Below, in pieces: positions 27,901 through 32,883 of a stretch of 32,883 bases of DNA. Positions within the stretch are counted from its first letter, which is position 1. Every line of letters starts with the position of its first letter. The stretch is from the NCBI GenBank assembly GCA_964450575.1, contig CAYVDZ010000001.1, positions 1 to 32,883 on the forward strand, read 5' to 3'. The DNA is from an uncultured Opitutus sp. Lineage in GTDB: Bacteria > Verrucomicrobiota > Verrucomicrobiia > Opitutales > Opitutaceae. The notes beneath the pieces were generated by a model. That model saw only the letters and a list, made by a program, of their open reading frames with translations, did no database searches and had not been told where the DNA came from. Both the position numbers and the translations under genes were made by a program.

Positions 27901-29197
27901 GTACCTGCAGACGATGATCCCGGACTACATGGTGCCGTCATTTGTGGTGGTTTTGGATACACTGCCGTTGAATGCGAACGGCAAACTCGATCGCCGGGCT
28001 TTGCCGGACACGGAGTCGCAGCCGCAGTTGGAGACCGGATACCTTGCGCCCCGTGACGACGTGGAACAAAAGATCGCGGAAATTTGGACATCGATTCTGG
28101 GGCTTACGCGGGTGGGAGTGCGGGACCGATTCTTTGAGCTTGGCGGTCATTCGCTGCTCGCGGTTCAGATGGTCGCGCGGCTCGCGCAGACGTTTGGGCG
28201 AACGCTTCCGGTATCCGCAATTTTTGAACATGGAACGATCGGAGAGCTCGCTCCGTTGTTGCGGACCGAGGCGAAGGCGTATGCTTCGGCGACCTCGATC
28301 TGCGAGATTCAGGCGCAAGGCGGGCGGCCGCCGCTTTACCTCGTGCATGGAGTCGGCGGTGGAATGTTTTGGGGCTACGCCAACCTGGCGCGGCATCTTG
28401 GGCCGGATCAGCCGGTGCTCGCCTTTAAATCGCGGGGGCTCGATGGCCTGGCCGAATGGCCGGGCATCGAGGAGCTGGCGACCCATTATGTGGCCGACCT
28501 GAGGTTACGGCAGCCGGCGGGGCCGTATCAGATCGGTGGGTACTGTTTTGGCGGGATCGTGGCGTATGAAATGGCGCGCCAACTCGAGCGGCAGGGGGAG
28601 ACGGTTGCGACGTTGGCCTTGATCAATTGTTCGCCGCCGAACACCGCGTATGAGCAGGTCCCGGAACAACCCGAGTGGAGCTGGCAGCGAAGTTTTTTGC
28701 GCAACGTCGGTTACTGGCTGGGCTGTTTCGTCTTTCGCTGGACCTGGCAGGAACGGGTCGAGTTTGTCCGCTGGAAATGGCGAATCCTGCGCAAGCGCAC
28801 CCGTGCGGCCAGTCAGCAGGAAGCCCGGGCGCTGGCGGTTACCGACGTGGACGAAATGGTGAACATCGAGGCCTATTCTGAAGATCAGCGGAAGCTGTGG
28901 CAGTTGCACGTGGAAGCCCTTCGCCGGTATCAGCCCCAGCCATACGGGGGACGGGTGACGCTGCTGCGGACGCGGGGTCATGCGTTTCTCTGCTCCTTTG
29001 ATGAGCTGTACGGATGGGAACCACTCGTGCGCGGAGGAATCACGCTTCGCATCGTGCCGGGCGGCCATGGAAACATCCTGGCCGAGCCCCATGTGCAGAC
29101 AGTGGCCCGGGAGCTTGAGCGTGAACTGGCGGGTTGCATCGCGAATGCCGGCTCCGCGGTCAAAATTGAACCGATCGCGAAAAAGGAGTACGCATGA
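24977..29197 (+). CDS. Terminal NRPS: C(LCL)-A(Ile, DAFFLGVTFK)-T-TE
   Basis: C: SFAQERLWFLDQ, HHIISDGWS; A: FDASTFE, HVYGPTEATTF; T: FFELGGHSL; TE: PLYLVHGVGG, GYCFGG, PGGHGNIL. Start placed at ATG 24977 (AAGGA 6 nt upstream); the ORF track start at 24890 is an alternative. Confidence 0.93.
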   Translation: MTAEQQIRRSEMEATGSQRALMEQRLLRARQATARGSDARSSIPRRPPDSAMLPSFAQERLWFLDQLEPGSAVYNLCQAVRLRGDLDLPALEHALNEIVRRHEVLRANFVLTEGRPVHVVAKTRVLPVRVVEVSSTDAAGLERALHEKLQEESRRPFDFANDLLIRAVVIRAGPTDHTLLLTMHHIISDGWSLGILFRELAQLYPAACNGGVSPLAELPLQFADYARWEREQMQGPTLEHTLAYWKKQLGGPLPALEFPLDHPRPAGATARGGLQSVTLSRELTEAIKAMGQQEGATLFMTLLAVLQVLLFRWTGEQDVVVGTVVAGRRRIELEKLLGFFVNTLVLRTDLGGSPSFRTLLARVRETSLAAMAHQDLPFDVLVKELRPDRAVSRNPLFQVMFVLQNAPMTPAELTGLTLEPVDVDTGTTKFDLTLAVVETPDGLRAGFEYNADVFEADTIARLLGSYRTLLESSIADPERSIAELEILNAEQKRILLRDWNRTERAFPRERTIPALVEDQVNRVPDAIALRCGDRTLTYQELNTRANQLAHRLRRWGVGPDTLVAICLERSPEMIVAVLGILKAGGAYVSLDPSYPGERLAFMLADSLAPVVLTVERLRGTVPELDPLKPAPRVFRMDTEWSQLGREETRNPAAIAGPAHLAYVSYTSGSTGQPKGVAITHRSVLRLLLNADYIKLGPDEVIAQMANCAFDASTFEIWGALLHGGQLAILPAAIVLSPGDLATALETQGVTTLFVTTALFNQLVEVKPDIFRSLRQVLFGGEAVNPARVRDVLRCGPPGRLLHVYGPTEATTFATWWEVRDVPANAVTLPIGRPLANTTAYVFDERRQPVPVGVAGELYIGGEGLARGYWRRPELDRERFVAHPYDSDPAERLYRTGDRVRWRADGALEFLGRFDRQVKIRGFRIEPGEIESALQRHPRVRQSVVVVKETASGEHQLIAYVAAERKPAPSGADLRQYLQTMIPDYMVPSFVVVLDTLPLNANGKLDRRALPDTESQPQLETGYLAPRDDVEQKIAEIWTSILGLTRVGVRDRFFELGGHSLLAVQMVARLAQTFGRTLPVSAIFEHGTIGELAPLLRTEAKAYASATSICEIQAQGGRPPLYLVHGVGGGMFWGYANLARHLGPDQPVLAFKSRGLDGLAEWPGIEELATHYVADLRLRQPAGPYQIGGYCFGGIVAYEMARQLERQGETVATLALINCSPPNTAYEQVPEQPEWSWQRSFLRNVGYWLGCFVFRWTWQERVEFVRWKWRILRKRTRAASQQEARALAVTDVDEMVNIEAYSEDQRKLWQLHVEALRRYQPQPYGGRVTLLRTRGHAFLCSFDELYGWEPLVRGGITLRIVPGGHGNILAEPHVQTVARELERELAGCIANAGSAVKIEPIAKKEYA

Positions 29198-29973
29198 GTG
29201 TCGCGTTAAATACGATGGTGGCCGCATCGTGCGGGCACACGCCGATGGCGGGTGCGGCGTTGGGGTGCAATCACGTGGAGGGCTGGCTGATCGAACTCGA
29301 TAAGGTGTCGGCCGACCTCTTGGAGCGATTGCGCGGGGTGCTTTCCGCCGACGAGGTGGCGCGGGCGGAACGGTTTCACTTTGAGCTGCATCGACGGCGG
29401 TTTGTGGCGACGCGAGGCGCGCTGCGATTTCTCCTGTCGCGGCATCTGGAGGAGGATCCGTCCGGGATATGCTTCGATTATGGTCCGGCTGGGAAACCGT
29501 TTTTGAAGACGACGGAGCCTGATCGTGTATTGTACTTTAATGTGACGCATGCGGAGAACCTCGCGGTGGTGGGGATCACGCGGGCGGGGGAGATCGGGAT
29601 CGATCTGGAGCGGGTCCGCGTGTTTTCCGATTGGGAACAAGTGGCGATTGCGACGTTCTCCAGTGAGCAAGTCGAAGCGTTGCGGGCGTGCGCCGAGGCG
29701 TGGAGACCGGAGATGTTTTTTCGCGCGTGGACGCGGGAGGAAGCGCGGGTGAAGGCGCTCGGCGTTGGGCTCGGAGATGACGGGCGGGTGCGCGATGCGG
29801 CTGGGTTGCGCGTTCAGACGTTTCAAATTCCTCCCTCGTTCCTGTTGAGTTTCGCCGTACCTTTTTGGGCTTACGTCCCACCCCTTCGCACATGGGAGGG
29901 TGAGGCGGTGCATGCGTCTTTCTCCGCCTCTGCAAGCGGCTCTGCTGAAGGAATTCGTCCCACCTGTTGTTAA
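29194..29973 (+). CDS. Sfp-type 4'-phosphopantetheinyl transferase
   Basis: LSADEVARAERF...RRFVATRGALRFLL...YGPAGKP...FNVTHAE...IGIDLE...FFRAWTREEARVKALGVGL. ATGA overlap with the NRPS stop. Confidence 0.92.
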   Translation: MSVALNTMVAASCGHTPMAGAALGCNHVEGWLIELDKVSADLLERLRGVLSADEVARAERFHFELHRRRFVATRGALRFLLSRHLEEDPSGICFDYGPAGKPFLKTTEPDRVLYFNVTHAENLAVVGITRAGEIGIDLERVRVFSDWEQVAIATFSSEQVEALRACAEAWRPEMFFRAWTREEARVKALGVGLGDDGRVRDAAGLRVQTFQIPPSFLLSFAVPFWAYVPPLRTWEGEAVHASFSASASGSAEGIRPTCC

Positions 29974-29977
29974 CGTT

Positions 29978-31696
29978 ATGAATCTTCTTCGTTTCTTTTT
30001 TCGTGGCTCGCGGACGATGATGACCTGGACGTTTGCGGCCGCGCTCCTGAGTGGCGCCTGCAACGCGGGCCTGATTGCGATGGTCAATAACGTGCTCGCG
30101 GTGGAGGGATCGCCCGCGGTCTGGATGTTGTGGGCATTTGTCGCCCTGGGGGCGGGACGGTTGATCACCAACTTTGGCGCCCAACTCATGCTGGCGCATT
30201 TCTCGCAGCGTAACTGTGTCAATCTTCGCCGGGATTTGGTGAGTAAAATTCTCGCGGTACCGCTGCGCCAGTTGGAAGAAGTGGGTGCGCCGCGACTGAT
30301 GGTGACCCTGACGGAAGATGTGCTCGTACTGACCGAGGCGATGCTCTGTATCCCGGCCTTTGCAGTGAATATTGCGATCCTGATTGGCGGCGCGTTGTAT
30401 CTGGCATGGTTGTCGCCCATGGTGCTGATTGTGATTGGCGCGTTCATCCTGTTTGGAGCGGTGGCTTATCGGTTGCTGATCCGAGCCGGTTTCACGCGAC
30501 TCTTTTTGGCGCGGGAAGAACAGGATCGGTTGTTCAAACATTTCCGCGAACTCACCGAGGGCATGAAAGAACTAAAACTGCATCGGGAGCGGCGGGGGAT
30601 TTTCTTCGAGGAGAATATCCAAGGGGTGACTGAGCGCTATCGGAAGCACGCGCTGGCGGCGGAGATGCGCTTCATCATCGCGAACAATTGGAGTCACCTC
30701 GTTTTCTTTACGGTGATCGGGCTGATCCTGTTTTTTCTACCCAGTTTCTACCATGTCCCTCCGCAAGCGATGACCGGCTATGTGATCGCAACGCTCTATC
30801 TGATGGGACCGCTTTCGGGCGTGCTGAGCAGTCTCTCGGTCTTCGGCCGCGCCAACGCCGCGTTGGGCAAGATCAAGCAGGTCGGCCTGACCCTTGCAGC
30901 CCGGGCCGGGGATGAATGTCCGATGACGAAGCCGGCACCCGTGCAGGAATTCACCGGGCTCGACTTCATTGATATAACGCATACGTATTTCCGCGAGAAG
31001 GAGGACGACAGTTTTACGCTCGGGCCGATTCGGCTGTCGTTTACGCCGGGTGAAATCGTCTATCTCGTGGGCGGCAATGGTAGCGGCAAGTCCTCACTCG
31101 CGAAAGTTATTACAGGGCTGTACTCACCGGCCTCGGGCACGATTCGTTTTAACGGCCGGGTCGTGGGTGATCACAATCGGGACGACTACCGCCAGTTGTT
31201 TTCCGCGGTGTTTGCGGACTATTATCTTTTCGATAATCTCCTCGGGTCCCCCGGGCCGAAGCTCGACGCCCAGGCGCGCGAGTACCTCACGTTGCTCCAT
31301 CTGGAGCACAAGGTGAAGATCACGGATGGGGTGCTTTCTACGACGTCGCTTTCCTCGGGGCAACGGAAACGACTGGCGCTGCTCAATGCGTTCATCGAAG
31401 ACCGCCCGTTCTATCTCTTCGATGAATGGGCATCGGATCAGGACCCGCTGTTCAAGGAAATTTTCTATACCCAGTTGCTCCCGGATTTGAAGGCCCGGAA
31501 TAAGACCGTGCTCGTGATCACGCATGATGACCGGTACTTTCATCTGGCGGATCGGATCATCAAACTCGACTACGGTCGCATCCAGATGCAGCGGGGAGAC
31601 GCGGTGGACGTGCTGCCTGAGATGGCTAATGGTGAAGCCGCGGCGAGCCGGCGGGGCGATGGCACTAAAACGAGTTTCTCCCGCGCGTCCGTGTAA
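29978..31696 (+). CDS. Cyclic-peptide export ABC transporter (SyrD/PvdE/YojI family), TMD+NBD fusion
   Basis: Six hydrophobic segments, EGMKELKLH motif, Walker A GGNGSGKS, signature LSSGQRKRLAL, Walker B FDEWASDQDP, ITHDDRYF. Start ATG 29978, 4 nt after the PPTase stop. Confidence 0.94.
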   Translation: MNLLRFFFRGSRTMMTWTFAAALLSGACNAGLIAMVNNVLAVEGSPAVWMLWAFVALGAGRLITNFGAQLMLAHFSQRNCVNLRRDLVSKILAVPLRQLEEVGAPRLMVTLTEDVLVLTEAMLCIPAFAVNIAILIGGALYLAWLSPMVLIVIGAFILFGAVAYRLLIRAGFTRLFLAREEQDRLFKHFRELTEGMKELKLHRERRGIFFEENIQGVTERYRKHALAAEMRFIIANNWSHLVFFTVIGLILFFLPSFYHVPPQAMTGYVIATLYLMGPLSGVLSSLSVFGRANAALGKIKQVGLTLAARAGDECPMTKPAPVQEFTGLDFIDITHTYFREKEDDSFTLGPIRLSFTPGEIVYLVGGNGSGKSSLAKVITGLYSPASGTIRFNGRVVGDHNRDDYRQLFSAVFADYYLFDNLLGSPGPKLDAQAREYLTLLHLEHKVKITDGVLSTTSLSSGQRKRLALLNAFIEDRPFYLFDEWASDQDPLFKEIFYTQLLPDLKARNKTVLVITHDDRYFHLADRIIKLDYGRIQMQRGDAVDVLPEMANGEAAASRRGDGTKTSFSRASV

Positions 31697-31825
31697 GGCG
31701 GCGACACGGGGTAGTCCGCGGGAGTTGGGTCGCGGTCGGATATCGAACGAGGGGCGTTCAGGGATTTACTCCGCAATTCATGCCGCGCCAATGCCAATGG
31801 CTGCGTAGCGCAGCGGAAGGGGGCG

Positions 31826-31841
31826 TGGCATGATGGGAGCA
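31826..31841 (+). promoter_or_regulatory. Candidate sigma-54 -24/-12 promoter (TGGCATG-ATGG-GAGCA) upstream of nifJ
   Basis: GG (31827-28)-N10-GC (31839-40) spacing is exact and the -24 element is good. The -12 element deviates (GAGC vs TTGC), so this could be chance in high-GC DNA. Confidence 0.35.
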
Positions 31842-31879
31842 TGACCGGGAACCCATCCCCTCGCGACGTTGCCATCCCC

Positions 31880-32883
31880 ATGCCCACTCTGACCCGGAAC
31901 CTCGAGTACGTTACCTGTGATGCCAATGAAGCCGTAGCGTCGGTTGCTTACCGGCTGAATGAGCTGATTGCGATCTATCCCATTACGCCGTCGTCTCCGA
32001 TGGCGGAGTCGTGCGATGAGTGGTCAACGCAGGGCAAGCCGAACCTCTGGGGCGAGGTGCCGCGGATCGTCGAGATGCAGTCCGAAGGCGGAGTCGCGGG
32101 CACGGTGCACGGTGGATTACTGGGCGGCGCGCTCACGACGACGTTTACCGCGTCACAAGGCCTGCTGTTGATGATTCCGAATCTATATAAGATTGCGGGA
32201 GAGTTGCTGCCTTTCACGATGCATGTCAGTGCCCGCGCGGTGGCGGCGCAGGGGCTGTCGATTTTCGGCGATCATCAGGACGTCATGGCGTGTCGGGCCA
32301 CGGGCGCGGCGCTCCTCTGTAGCAACTCCGCGCAGGAGGCGCATGATCTGGCGCTGGTGGCGCATGCGGCGAGTTACAAGGCGCGGGTGCCTTTCATTCA
32401 TTTCTTCGACGGGTTCCGCACCTCGCATGAAGTTCAGAAACTCGTGTTGATGTCGGACGACGAGCTTCGCGCGGTGATTGATGAGGCGGATATTGCGGCG
32501 TTTCGCGCCCGGGCGATGACGCCGGATGCGCCCACCTTGCGCGGCACGGCACAGAATCCGGATGTATACTTTCAGGGCCGCGAGGCCGTGAACCGCTTTT
32601 ACCTCGAGCTGCCGCGCATCGTGCAGGAAACGATGGACCGCCTGGCGGCGGCCACGGGCCGGGCGTATCATCTATTTGACTACCACGGGCATCCTGAGGC
32701 GGAACGCGTGGTGATCGCGATGGGCAGCAGTATTGAAACGCTGGAAGAAACCGTGGACTGGCTGGGCGAGCGCGGCGAAAAAGTCGGCGTGCTGTCGGTC
32801 CGGTTGTTTTTGCCCTTTGATATCCCGGCGTTCCTGGCGGCATTGCCGAAGACGGTGCGGGCAATATCGGTGCTCGACCGGAC
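31880..32883 (+). CDS. nifJ: Pyruvate:ferredoxin/flavodoxin oxidoreductase, 5' part; runs off the right edge
   Basis: Hand translation from ATG 31880: MPTLTRNLEYVTCDANEAVASVAYRLNELIAIYPITPSSPMAE...EMQSEGGVAGTVHG...TTFTASQGLLLMIPNLYKIAGEL...SIFGDHQDVMACRATG...HFFDGFRTSHE...RGTAQNPDVYFQ. Absent from the ORF track because there is no stop in the window. Confidence 0.96.
   Translation, partial: MPTLTRNLEYVTCDANEAVASVAYRLNELIAIYPITPSSPMAESCDEWSTQGKPNLWGEVPRIVEMQSEGGVAGTVHGGLLGGALTTTFTASQGLLLMIPNLYKIAGELLPFTMHVSARAVAAQGLSIFGDHQDVMACRATGAALLCSNSAQEAHDLALVAHAASYKARVPFIHFFDGFRTSHEVQKLVLMSDDELRAVIDEADIAAFRARAMTPDAPTLRGTAQNPDVYFQGREAVNRFYLELPRIVQETMDRLAAATGRAYHLFDYHGHPEAERVVIAMGSSIETLEETVDWLGERGEKVGVLSVRLFLPFDIPAFLAALPKTVRAISVLDR

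Noticed and set aside
11143-30447. Long antisense ORFs (e.g. 11143-12621, 20332-21372, 21679-22818, 26810-27841, 29206-30447)
   Set aside because: They are shadows of well-supported plus-strand genes, expected from codon bias in high-GC DNA, and show no recognisable motifs.
10546-31696. Siderophore cluster interpretation based on the PvdE-like exporter
   Set aside because: There are no Orn/Lys/Asp/Ser/Cys/Dhb-type A codes, cyclisation domains, N-hydroxylase, TonB-dependent receptor or evident Fur box in the window.
31880-32883. nifJ as evidence of nitrogen fixation
   Set aside because: PFOR is a general anaerobic metabolism enzyme and no other nif genes are visible.

Overview
High-GC bacterial genomic window; an Opitutales/Verrucomicrobiota origin is plausible but is inference only. 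The left arm (minus strand) holds the 5' part of a Wzc/GumC-type polysaccharide co-polymerase and an intergenic region with two related perfect palindromes (40 and 48 bp). It also holds a four-gene phosphorelay (REC-5xPAS-HisKA kinase, single-domain receiver, REC-HisKA_3 kinase, NarL-type regulator), a GT4 glycosyltransferase and a WecB/TagA/CpsF glycosyltransferase fused to two STAS domains. Divergently transcribed from these (plus strand) is an apparently intact ~21 kb hybrid NRPS-PKS cluster: C-A(Leu-like)-T | C-A(Gly, interrupted by a luciferase-like monooxygenase)-T | KS-AT(malonyl)-ACP-C-A(Pro-like)-T | C-A(Ile)-T-TE(Cys nucleophile). An Sfp-type PPTase and a SyrD/PvdE-type ABC exporter follow, and the window ends in the 5' part of pyruvate:ferredoxin oxidoreductase (nifJ). 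The most notable candidate system is this assembly line set back-to-back with exopolysaccharide genes. It has an orphan DCL-like starter C domain, an internal (not terminal) Gly-monooxygenase module, a non-reducing PKS module and an atypical Cys/Asn/His thioesterase with a Trp-rich lid. All domain and specificity calls are by-eye motif readings, not HMM or database results.
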